Virus record (IMG/VR): IMGVR_UViG_3300044708_000022
Span: 1-25,686 of that record
Strand: one strand, 5' to 3'
Length of the DNA: 25,686 bases
Source: a virus
Lineage: Duplodnaviria; Caudoviricetes
Shown here: one piece after another, positions 1 through 7,059 of the stretch
Layout of the letters: every line of letters begins with the position of its first letter
Position numbering within the stretch: the stretch's first letter is position 1
Position numbers and translations under genes: made by a program
The notes under the pieces: generated by a model
Databases searched by the model: none
Told to the model about the DNA's origin: nothing
Seen by the model: the letters and a program-made list of their open reading frames with translations, nothing else

Positions 1-226
1 CGCCCGGCGATACATCGCCTCATTGTCAACGATCGGCCTGGGGTCGATCACATGCACGCCAGCAAGCGTAAATTAACTAGTTGACACAAGTCAACTTAGT
101 TGTATATTGTGCCAAAAAGTTAACTATGCTGCTCAAATTGGCGCGCAAGGTCGCCGGGCTCACCCAGGGAGAGCTAGCCAAACAGGCGGGCGTCACCAAG
201 TCGTTTATTTCGCTGCTCGAGAGCGG
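1..226 (+). repeat. Terminal direct repeat, left copy (circular overlap)
   Basis: Matches 25461-25686 except G99 vs A25559. Confidence 0.97.
65..125. promoter_or_regulatory. Divergent lysis/lysogeny promoters and operators
   Basis: Rightward TTGACA (81-86) with TATATT (103-108) or TATTGT (105-110); leftward TTGACT (94-89), 18 bp, TACGCT (70-65); inverted repeat AGTTGAC-acaa-GTCAACT (79-96); related 8-mers AATTAACT (71-78) and AGTTAACT (118-125). Confidence 0.8.
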
Positions 227-353
227 CAAGCGCGACGTCCGGGCCGTGGGCTATGAAACGGTCGCGCGGATTGCCGAGGCGCTCGGCGTGAGTCCGCAGG
301 AGTTGTTTCCGCTGGACGTCCGGAAATCCCATCGCACGAAGAGGCCGGCATGA
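126..353 (+). CDS. Cro-like XRE/HTH_3 transcriptional regulator
   Basis: LKLARKVAGLTQGELAKQAGVTKSFISLLESG is a classic XRE HTH; ATG at 126 lies downstream of the promoter (the track start at 81 is the -35 box). Confidence 0.9.
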   Translation: MLLKLARKVAGLTQGELAKQAGVTKSFISLLESGKRDVRAVGYETVARIAEALGVSPQELFPLDVRKSHRTKRPA

Positions 354-562
354 TGTCGCCCAGTCCCTACCTCACCGCCAATGAAGCTATGGCGTACCTC
401 CGGCTCGGCTCGCTGAACATGCTGTACCGCCTCGTGAAGCAACACCGCTTGCCGTTCTGCCGCCGCGGGCGCCTGTACCTCTTCGATCGGCGCGAGATCG
501 ACGTCTGGTTGCACGGCTTCGACAGTGAGACTGAGTTCCATCGCGCGCGCCGCCGCGCGTGA
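350..562 (+). CDS. Excisionase-like (HTH_17 family) DNA-binding protein
   Basis: YLTANEAMAYLRL..LYRLV...LPFCRRGRLYLFDRREIDVWL pattern; ATGA overlap with the upstream stop. Confidence 0.85.
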   Translation: MMSPSPYLTANEAMAYLRLGSLNMLYRLVKQHRLPFCRRGRLYLFDRREIDVWLHGFDSETEFHRARRRA

Positions 563-591
563 GAGCGGCCCCTGGGCAGGAGGAGGCGTGA

Positions 592-876
592 ATGGTGAAG
601 CGCATCAGTCGCCGTCGCGATCGTGTCGTCAATCAGCGAACTGGCGTCGTGGATACGGCCTCGGAATACGTCGAGAATCTGCGCGCGCTGGAACGCGCCG
701 TGCAACGGCTGGACGATGACATCGCGATCACGCACGCCGAGTTGAAAGCCGCGAAGGAGGCCCGAGAAAAGGCCGTCGCGCAGATGCGGTCGGCGATTCG
801 TGAAGGGACGGTCTTACCGCTACTCGAGCTCGACGCCGAAACGACCTCGGGCGACCCCACCCGGCCGAGTGCCTAG
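592..876 (+). CDS. Hypothetical coiled-coil protein
   Basis: AGGAGG RBS upstream; heptad-like LRALERAVQRLDDDIAITHAELKAAKEAREKA. Confidence 0.75.
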   Translation: MVKRISRRRDRVVNQRTGVVDTASEYVENLRALERAVQRLDDDIAITHAELKAAKEAREKAVAQMRSAIREGTVLPLLELDAETTSGDPTRPSA

Positions 877-880
877 ACCG

Positions 881-1573
881 ATGTGGGTGAAAGTCGATGA
901 CGGCTTCGTGGAGCATCCGAAAGTGATCACGGCGGCGGGTCATCTCGGCCCGAATGGCGTGGGACGGGTAGCCGCGGTGTGGCTCGAGGCGATCTCCTAC
1001 GCGGCCCGGAATCTCACCGATGGGTTCGTGCCGATCTTGATCGCGCGGAAGTTCATCACGGACCGGCGCCCGCTCGAGGTGCTGGAGGTGATGGCCCGGC
1101 CCGATGTCCGCCTGATGATCAAAGTGCCAGGCGGGTATCAGTTCCACAATTACGATCGGTATCAGCCCTCCGCGGCTTCGGTGAAAGACAAACGACAGCG
1201 CGATCGGGACTACCAGGCTGCGCACCGCTTTGCGCGGAATGACGGTCGCGATTCTGCGCAGAGTCGCGGTAGAATCGCGGAAGATTCTGCGCAGATTCGT
1301 GAGCGCTCGCGCGCGCGCGATCCCGTCCCGTCCCCAAGATCCAAGAAAGAGCAGTGCGCTGACGCGCACGCTTCGCATTCTCGGGTGCTGGTCAAACTGG
1401 CCCATGTCGTCCTCGACGACATCAGCGAGGACGCCGATGTGCCCCCTATCAGCGAACTGACCCATCAACTCGGTGATGCCGCCACGCGGTACGACATTGC
1501 CTATGCGACGGCACGGCAACTGACCAAGGCGATGGATTCAGCCGTGGTGCAGCGACAGCGGCGGGCCTCGTGA
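881..1573 (+). CDS. Putative phage replication initiator protein
   Basis: N-terminus MWVKVDDGFVEHPKV...W...YAARNLTDGFVP and GYQFHNYDRYQPS resemble phage replication-initiator N-terminal domains; internal iteron-like repeats; expected position after cro/xis. Confidence 0.7.
   Translation: MWVKVDDGFVEHPKVITAAGHLGPNGVGRVAAVWLEAISYAARNLTDGFVPILIARKFITDRRPLEVLEVMARPDVRLMIKVPGGYQFHNYDRYQPSAASVKDKRQRDRDYQAAHRFARNDGRDSAQSRGRIAEDSAQIRERSRARDPVPSPRSKKEQCADAHASHSRVLVKLAHVVLDDISEDADVPPISELTHQLGDAATRYDIAYATARQLTKAMDSAVVQRQRRAS
1247..1295. repeat. Iteron-like cluster, putative replication origin inside the initiator gene
   Basis: Near-palindrome CGCGATTCTGCGCAGAGTCGCG (1247-1268), AGAATCGCG (1271-1279), second GATTCTGCGCAGA (1283-1295). 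Confidence 0.6.
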
Positions 1574-1926
1574 TGGCGGCTACCTGGACGCTCGCCGTCG
1601 TCGAGACGCTCTGCGGCTGCTGCGGCGACGAGCACGGCCCGACGAGAATCCCTGCCGGCGCGCTCGTGCTCGAGCTGCGCCTGCCTGGCGTCTCGCGGCC
1701 GAAGTACCGCTGCCAGGCGTGTGGCGAACGCTACAAGCCGTTCACAGACGAAGACCTGCGGCAGTTGCCGGCGCCGCCCATTGAACAACCCGCGCCGCGC
1801 GCCGCCGCGCCAGTCAGGCGGCTGCGTCTCGTGCGTAAGCCGCAGTCGTGGGCCTCGCTCGCCGAGTCCACCACAGGGATCTTCGACCACGCGAAAGCCG
1901 CGGCGGGAGATCGGGAGGATGTATGA
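1570..1926 (+). CDS. Hypothetical protein with two Cys clusters (possible Zn-binding)
   Basis: CGCCG and CQACG motifs; start overlaps the upstream stop (GTGATG). Confidence 0.7.
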   Translation: MMAATWTLAVVETLCGCCGDEHGPTRIPAGALVLELRLPGVSRPKYRCQACGERYKPFTDEDLRQLPAPPIEQPAPRAAAPVRRLRLVRKPQSWASLAESTTGIFDHAKAAAGDREDV

Positions 1927-2641
1927 CGACGATCGCGTTGCGCCAGCGAGAGCTGGAGAAAGGCCGATCATGACCGTCGCAGAGATTGCACGAATCGGCA
2001 CGCCGGAGATTTCGCGGCTCGAGGCCCGCAAGGCGTACCTCGACTACAAGCGGGCCGTGCTCAGCGCGGCCCACCCCACCGAGAAGCACGAATACGAAGG
2101 CCTCTGGCGCGGCTACAAGGCCATTGCCTCCGGCCAGCAGGTCATCGACCTCGGCCAGACACTGCACGCGGCGGGCGTGCAGGACGACACGCTCTATCCG
2201 CGGTTGGCGATCTGCCGGGCGGATGCGCGGGTCTGTCGCGTCGAGATGGGGGCCGGTGGGAGCGCCATCTTTCTCGATGACGCGCAGCGGTGGCGGCGGC
2301 AGGCGAAGTCCCGCCGCGTCGGCCTGCCGAACGGCACGTTCCCGGCGTACACCACGCGCTGGCTGACGGATGGCGGGCTCGTGCGGTACCGGCCGAACGG
2401 CGTCCTCGAACGCGACCGCTGGCGGAACCAGGCGACGGCGCTCGTCCCGATCGTGCCGCCCCGGCTGCATCCGCGCGGGGCGCTCGCGAACTACCACATT
2501 CTGTGGGACGCCATCTGGACGCCCGCGCCACCGAAAGACCCGCTCCTGCTGCGGCATCTGAGCGGCATGCTCTACGCCATCGTGGCGCAGTGGGATCTCA
2601 CGCCATTGGAAATGGCCGTGATGCGGGGGCGGCTCTCATGA
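1919..2641 (+). CDS. Phage hypothetical protein (alternative start 1970)
   Basis: Purine-rich RBS before ATG 1919; globular composition, C-terminal [26 protein letters not shown]; stop overlaps the bet start. Confidence 0.75.
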   Translation: MYDDDRVAPARAGERPIMTVAEIARIGTPEISRLEARKAYLDYKRAVLSAAHPTEKHEYEGLWRGYKAIASGQQVIDLGQTLHAAGVQDDTLYPRLAICRADARVCRVEMGAGGSAIFLDDAQRWRRQAKSRRVGLPNGTFPAYTTRWLTDGGLVRYRPNGVLERDRWRNQATALVPIVPPRLHPRGALANYHILWDAIWTPAPPKDPLLLRHLSGMLYAIVAQWDLTPLEMAVMRGRLS

Positions 2642-3510
2642 CGACCAATCTTGCAACCGTACCGGTGGCGTCGCTCACGACCACGCCCTACACGCGCGAG
2701 CAGATCGATTTGATCAAGCGCCAGGTCGCCGTCGGCGTGACCGATGACGAACTGAAATTGTTCTTGTATCAGTGTCAGCGCACCGGCCTGGACGCGCTCA
2801 CGAAGCAGATTTACGCGATCAAACGGGGCGGCCGCCTCACGATCCAAACGGCGATCGACGGCTTCAGGCTCATCGCGCAGCGCACGGGCGAATACCGCGG
2901 CCAGGTCGGCCCGTTCTGGTGCGGCGAGTCGGGCGCCTGGGCGGATGTCTGGCTCTCGAGCGAGCCACCGGTGGCGGCCAAGGTGGGCGTCTGGCGCAAG
3001 GAATTCGCCGAGCCCGTCTGGGGTGTGGCGCGGACCGACGCCTATGCGGCGCGGACCGATCGCGGCCAGTTCGCCGGCCTCTGGCGAACGATGCCCGACA
3101 CGATGGTCGCCAAGTGTGCCGAGGCGCTCGCCTTGCGCAAGGCGTTCCCGCATGAGCTCAGCGGCGTCTATACCGGCGATGAGATGGCTCAGGCGGTCGA
3201 CCAGGAGACCGGTGAGATTGTGGCCGAGCCGCCGGCGCCCGACACGGTGGCGGGCACACGTCCCGAGACGATTACGGTCAAGGTCGTCGGCATCGTCAAG
3301 CGCCATGGCAAGGGTGGTTCCGAGAGGTTCATCATCACCGGCGACAACCAGCAGACCTATCAGACGTTCTCGCTGACGCTCGCGACCGTGGCGAAAGAGG
3401 CGCAGGCGGCCGGCCTGCCAGTCGCGATCACCTACATGGACACGAAGTATGGCCGGATGATTGAACACCTGCGCGAGCGCGACGACACGCAACCGGAGCC
3501 ACCGCTCTAA
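2638..3510 (+). CDS. bet: Phage single-strand annealing protein, Bet/RecT family
   Basis: QIDLIK...[44 protein letters not shown] and [32 protein letters not shown] motifs; ATGA coupling at 2638. Confidence 0.92.
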   Translation: MTTNLATVPVASLTTTPYTREQIDLIKRQVAVGVTDDELKLFLYQCQRTGLDALTKQIYAIKRGGRLTIQTAIDGFRLIAQRTGEYRGQVGPFWCGESGAWADVWLSSEPPVAAKVGVWRKEFAEPVWGVARTDAYAARTDRGQFAGLWRTMPDTMVAKCAEALALRKAFPHELSGVYTGDEMAQAVDQETGEIVAEPPAPDTVAGTRPETITVKVVGIVKRHGKGGSERFIITGDNQQTYQTFSLTLATVAKEAQAAGLPVAITYMDTKYGRMIEHLRERDDTQPEPPL

Positions 3511-3525
3511 GAAGGGAACCCTCAC

Positions 3526-3936
3526 ATGCGATCGATCCTCGTCGTCCTCGTCGCGCTCCTGGTCGCCGGCTGCGGCGACACGATCATCAACGTGCCGAAC
3601 CAACCGTCAGCCGTGACCTCGAGCACGACGGCGGCGACGAGCAACAAGCTGGAGTTCCGCGTCACCGGCAACGCGAGCTCCGCGCGCATTCGGTACAGCA
3701 CGCCACTGGACGGGCTCGTCCAAACGACGACGACGCTCCCGTTCTTTACGTCGTTCTCGACGAAAGCCGACGACATGTTCGTGTCGCTCGAGGTGACGCC
3801 GATCAGCTACTCCGCGATCGTGAACAATCCGTTTCTCTCGGCGCAGATCCTCGTGAACAACACGCTGTTCCGCGAAGCGACGTCGACCGACTTTTTCCTG
3901 TACACGATCTCCGTCTCCGGCGTCTGGCGGCGGTGA
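3526..3936 (+). CDS. Lipoprotein with beta-rich (MmpS/Ig-like) domain
   Basis: Signal peptide with lipobox LVAG|C16; S/T linker; EFRVTG...ARIRYS...TLPF pattern reminiscent of MmpS-type domains. Confidence 0.8.
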   Translation: MRSILVVLVALLVAGCGDTIINVPNQPSAVTSSTTAATSNKLEFRVTGNASSARIRYSTPLDGLVQTTTTLPFFTSFSTKADDMFVSLEVTPISYSAIVNNPFLSAQILVNNTLFREATSTDFFLYTISVSGVWRR

Positions 3937-4019
3937 TGCACGCACTCGTGTTGACCTTATTCGCCGCTCTTCTCGCCTGGGCCGTACTCGACTGGGTGAT
4001 GCTCCGGCGGAGGCGGTGA
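3936..4019 (+). CDS. 27-aa single-TM micropeptide MHALVLTLFAALLAWAVLDWVMLRRRR (not in ORF track)
   Basis: TGATG overlaps at both ends and exactly fills the intergenic gap; hydrophobic helix with a basic tail. Confidence 0.65.
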   Translation: MHALVLTLFAALLAWAVLDWVMLRRRR

Positions 4020-4285
4020 TGCTCCCGATCCTCATGCTCGACCTCGAGGAACTTCGCCGCGCCGAGCCGATCGCCACGGCGATGCTGGACGATCTGCGTC
4101 GTGCCGCGATGTATCTCGAAGCACTGAGCTACGCGCCTGGCGCCGAGACCGACGATGCGACGATCGCCCGCGCCCATGCGGTCCGGCTGTGGGCGGCCTC
4201 GCAAGCGGTCGAGCGGCTCGCGATCGAGGTCGGACACGTCATCGTGCAAGAGGACGCACGACGGATCTGGCAGGCCGAGTCATGA
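4019..4285 (+). CDS. Hypothetical protein
   Basis: GGAGG RBS; translational coupling on both sides. Confidence 0.7.
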   Translation: MLPILMLDLEELRRAEPIATAMLDDLRRAAMYLEALSYAPGAETDDATIARAHAVRLWAASQAVERLAIEVGHVIVQEDARRIWQAES

Positions 4286-4512
4286 AGCACCTGATCAACG
4301 TCAAGATGCTCCACGCGCCACTCGCAGCCGCGGGGCTCGTTCCAGCGAATTGCCGCGTACTCGATATCTCCATCGGAGTATCTGGTGCGCTGTCAGTACG
4401 CTATGAAGTGTTCCTCACCGCTGAACAACTCGTCTCGCTTGGGTCCGTCCTTCAAGTCGTCGGCGAATCCATCATGGCGGACCAGAAGGAATCAGGGGCA
4501 CCGCGGGAATGA
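4282..4512 (+). CDS. Hypothetical protein (MKHLINVK...)
   Basis: ATGA overlaps at both ends. Confidence 0.65.
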   Translation: MKHLINVKMLHAPLAAAGLVPANCRVLDISIGVSGALSVRYEVFLTAEQLVSLGSVLQVVGESIMADQKESGAPRE

Positions 4513-4901
4513 GCGACCGCGCCGCCTGGACGCACGCGATCGCGCCGGGGATCGAGCCCGTCCGCGCGAACAAGTACCACGCGCGCAAGTGCACGGTCGA
4601 CGGGATTCGATTTGATTCAACGCGCGAAGCGAAACGCTATCAGGAACTGCGTCTGCTCCAACAGGCGGGCGAAATTCGCGGGCTCTTCTTGCAGCCGGAA
4701 TTCAAGATCTGGGTCGAGAATCGCTGGACGAGCGAGCACGTCCCCATCGGTCGCTACCGCGCTGACTTCTGGTATGTCGACGCCGCGACGGACGCCGTCG
4801 TGATTGAAGACGCGAAGAGCCCCGCCACGCGCACGACGGCCTATCGCTTGCGGAAGCGCCTGGTCGAGGCGATTCACGGGATCACCATCACGGAGGTATG
4901 A
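4509..4901 (+). CDS. DUF1064-family PD-(D/E)XK nuclease (putative resolvase)
   Basis: NKYHARK.TVDGIRFDS.REAKRYQEL, LQPEF, YRADFWY, VIEDAKS, YRLRKRL motifs. Confidence 0.88.
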   Translation: MSDRAAWTHAIAPGIEPVRANKYHARKCTVDGIRFDSTREAKRYQELRLLQQAGEIRGLFLQPEFKIWVENRWTSEHVPIGRYRADFWYVDAATDAVVIEDAKSPATRTTAYRLRKRLVEAIHGITITEV

Positions 4902-5162
4902 ATGGCTCAGCACGATCAGACGCACGCCCGGCTCGTGATCTGCGCTCCGGCCAAGTTGCCGGCGTTCTTTCCCGATGATCTCGAGGGCACCTGCGCCCTC
5001 TGCCAGCAGCGCGTGCGCTTCCGACCCCACATTCCGCGGGTCTGCGTGCTCGTCTGCCTGGAGTGCTACATCGTCCACGCCGAGCCTGGCGCCAAGTGCG
5101 AGCTGCTCCCGGCGGCCGCCGCGGAGCTCCAGGCCGCCGGCATTCCGCAGCCGACCTGGTGA
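4902..5162 (+). CDS. Hypothetical Zn-finger-like protein
   Basis: GGAGG RBS; CALC and CLEC pairs. Confidence 0.7.
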   Translation: MAQHDQTHARLVICAPAKLPAFFPDDLEGTCALCQQRVRFRPHIPRVCVLVCLECYIVHAEPGAKCELLPAAAAELQAAGIPQPTW

Positions 5163-5166
5163 CGCC

Positions 5167-5427
5167 ATGGGATGGACGGAGCGCATGAATCATGAAGGCG
5201 CAGCCGAGTATCAGGCAGCCCTTGAATCCTCGGCTGACGCTGTGCGCGACGCGCTGCGAGCCTATGCGAAGTGGCACGCCCATGCGTGGCAACAATCGCT
5301 TGAGGAGTGGAAGTCGAGCACGGACACAGCGCCACCTGGTGGTCCTGAATGGTTCGCTGGTTACGAAGCAGGCGTGCTGAGCACGATCGATTCAGTCGAG
5401 TTCTTCTTTGGCGAGATGGGTCCATGA
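5167..5427 (+). CDS. Hypothetical protein
   Basis: Fills the operon gap; stop overlaps the next start; start codon uncertain. Confidence 0.6.
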   Translation: MGWTERMNHEGAAEYQAALESSADAVRDALRAYAKWHAHAWQQSLEEWKSSTDTAPPGGPEWFAGYEAGVLSTIDSVEFFFGEMGP

Positions 5428-5624
5428 GCTGGGCGTTCTGGTGCGATCATGCGCATACCTGGCGCGAACGGCGGCCGGATGGTCGCATTGTTCTGGTGTG
5501 TCACACCTGCCATCGTCGGGTGCCCTTGATCACGCGAACCGAAGAGGAGCGGGCGACGATGCGCGCGCGGTACCCCGATCCGCCACGCCTCTCGGCGCGG
5601 AGGGAGCCCCGTGAAAACGGCTGA
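5424..5624 (+). CDS. Hypothetical small Cys/His protein
   Basis: ATGA coupling; CDH...CHTC. Confidence 0.6.
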   Translation: MSWAFWCDHAHTWRERRPDGRIVLVCHTCHRRVPLITRTEEERATMRARYPDPPRLSARREPRENG

Positions 5625-5814
5625 CCACGTCCTGCTGGCGCTGGCGCTGAGCCTGTCGGTCTTGGGGCTCGCGCTCACGCTCGCGCGCCTGCGCCAGATC
5701 AGCACCCAGCTCGCCGTGCTGACGCTCCGCGTGACGGACCTGGTCGAGGCAGTCGCGGAGCTCGGCGACATTACACCTGAAGCGCTGCGTGCTGAGCTGG
5801 ACCGTGAGCCATGA
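5611..5814 (+). CDS. Small membrane protein (N-terminal TM plus coiled coil)
   Basis: GGAG RBS; VLLALALSLSVLGLALTLA helix. Confidence 0.7.
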   Translation: MKTADHVLLALALSLSVLGLALTLARLRQISTQLAVLTLRVTDLVEAVAELGDITPEALRAELDREP

Positions 5815-5895
5815 ACCATGCCGCACTACTGGGATGGCGACGATGACCGTGACTTTGGCCGGCTCGGCGTCGACGACGATGACGGAGGAGCGACG

Positions 5896-6228
5896 ATGCC
5901 ACAGGCCGCGCCCCACTTCTGCACCGTGCCTGGCTGCGCACAGCTCACGACGCGCCGGCGCTGTCCCGCGCACGCTGCCCTCGCCGAACACCTGCGCCAG
6001 AACTACGCGCTTCGGCGCTGGTACCGGACCCCCAAGTGGGAGGCGCTCCGTGCCCTGGTCCTGCGTGAGTGTGGCTACACCTGCGCCCTCTGCGGCCAGG
6101 TCTTCCTGGCCCTCGAGGTGGATCACATCACCAAGCACGAGGGGAACCCTGCCCGGTTCTGGGATCGGGCGAACTTACAGGCGCTCTGCCGGCGCTGCCA
6201 TCAACGCAAGACGCAACGTGGGGAGTAA
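5896..6228 (+). CDS. Packaging-associated HNH endonuclease (HK97 gp74-like); upstream in-frame ATG at 5818
   Basis: CALC...EVDHI...FWDRANLQALCRRCHQRKT; GGAGGAG RBS before 5896; lies upstream of terL. Confidence 0.92.
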   Translation: MPQAAPHFCTVPGCAQLTTRRRCPAHAALAEHLRQNYALRRWYRTPKWEALRALVLRECGYTCALCGQVFLALEVDHITKHEGNPARFWDRANLQALCRRCHQRKTQRGE

Positions 6229-6231
6229 GAC

Positions 6232-6444
6232 ATGAACGACAACGAGACGAAGACGGACATCGATCAGGCGCGGGAACTCACAGAGGCCGAAGCCCTCGTC
6301 ATTCAGCAACTGAACACCCTTGAGGAGGACACGGAGTCCGGACACATCGCTGCCGATGACCTGGTGCTGTCTGTGGCGCATCCCGAGGTGCGGGCGGCCT
6401 ATCAGCGGCTGGCCACACGTCTCGGGGGGTTCTGGTATGCCTGA
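6232..6444 (+). CDS. Hypothetical acidic protein (cassette 1)
   Basis: ATG just after repeat 1, whose GGGGAG can serve as RBS. Confidence 0.7.
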   Translation: MNDNETKTDIDQARELTEAEALVIQQLNTLEEDTESGHIAADDLVLSVAHPEVRAAYQRLATRLGGFWYA

Positions 6445-6637
6445 CCGGCACTGCGCGGTCTGCGGGTGTTCGTCGTCATGCCGGTGCCCGTGTCACGATC
6501 GGCCCCTCATGCCGGAACTGCTGGACCTCATTACGCTGATGCCGGACACGCAGACGCAGGAGATCATCGACTACATCGTGCAACTGCGGGAGATTCGTGA
6601 GGTGATCCATCAACGCAAGACACAACGTGGGGAATAG
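6437..6637 (+). CDS. Hypothetical Cys-rich protein ending in HQRKTQRGE (cassette 1)
   Basis: CAVCGC...CRCPCH; overlaps the upstream stop; C-terminus encoded by repeat 2. Confidence 0.6.
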   Translation: MPDRHCAVCGCSSSCRCPCHDRPLMPELLDLITLMPDTQTQEIIDYIVQLREIREVIHQRKTQRGE

Positions 6638-6641
6638 AGGC

Positions 6642-7001
6642 ATGGCGAACATCGTCCGGGTCAACGTCGGCGGGCTCATCGGATGGACTTCGGCGATCGA
6701 CTGGGATCGGCCGCATCCTGGGTCCGTGCCAGTCACGTTCGATGTCGATACGATCGACTCACCTCAACTCTGCGGATTGATAGAGGCCGCCCAGCCGGTC
6801 AAGGTCCGGCTCGGCGATCGCTGTGGCAAGGCGTTTCTCGTGAATCTCGTGGAGTCTGGAGGGCGAACGACTGGAACCTTGCACCTGGTGGGCCGTAGTC
6901 GGATCGAACGCGTGCGGCGATGGCCCGACGCCGATCGATCGTGGGGCGTTCCACGCAAGACACAACGTGTGGTACAGCCAGGGGGGGAGTCGAAAAGTTG
7001 A
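6642..7001 (+). CDS. Hypothetical protein (cassette 2), reads through repeat 3 as RKTQR
   Basis: ATG 4 nt after repeat 2, with a purine-rich RBS. Confidence 0.6.
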   Translation: MANIVRVNVGGLIGWTSAIDWDRPHPGSVPVTFDVDTIDSPQLCGLIEAAQPVKVRLGDRCGKAFLVNLVESGGRTTGTLHLVGRSRIERVRRWPDADRSWGVPRKTQRVVQPGGESKS

Positions 7002-7050
7002 AGTGTCCACTCCTAGGAAACCACGCCAGCCATTCGTGCAGCTTTTGCCT
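6981..7050. other. Putative cos/packaging-initiation region
   Basis: G-run GGGGGGGAGTCGAAAAGTTG followed by GGAAACCACGCCAGCC between HNH and terL, the position and texture typical of 3'-cos HK97-like phages; exact cut site not determinable. Confidence 0.55.
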
Positions 7051-7059
7051 ATGTGAATT

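Larger units (their letters stand above)
6198..6969 (+). repeat. Three direct repeats of the HNH 3' end (6198-6228, 6607-6637, core 6953-6969)
   Basis: CCATCAACGCAAGACRCAACGTGGGGARTAR, 28/31 identical between copies 1 and 2; 17-bp core ACGCAAGACACAACGTG in copy 3. Confidence 0.92.

Noticed and set aside
81-125. N-terminal extensions given by the ORF track (81, 800, 1721, 2290, 9028, 13204)
   Set aside because: They overlap promoters or upstream genes; downstream starts with RBS or stop-start coupling fit better
1-226. Physical terminal repeat of the virion or attL/attR
   Set aside because: It cuts through cI and cro; attP lies elsewhere, and the HNH/TerL type points to cos ends, so circular assembly overlap is more likely
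6198-6969. CRISPR mini-array
   Set aside because: The intervals of 340-409 bp are coding, the repeat is the HNH coding end, and there are no cas genes
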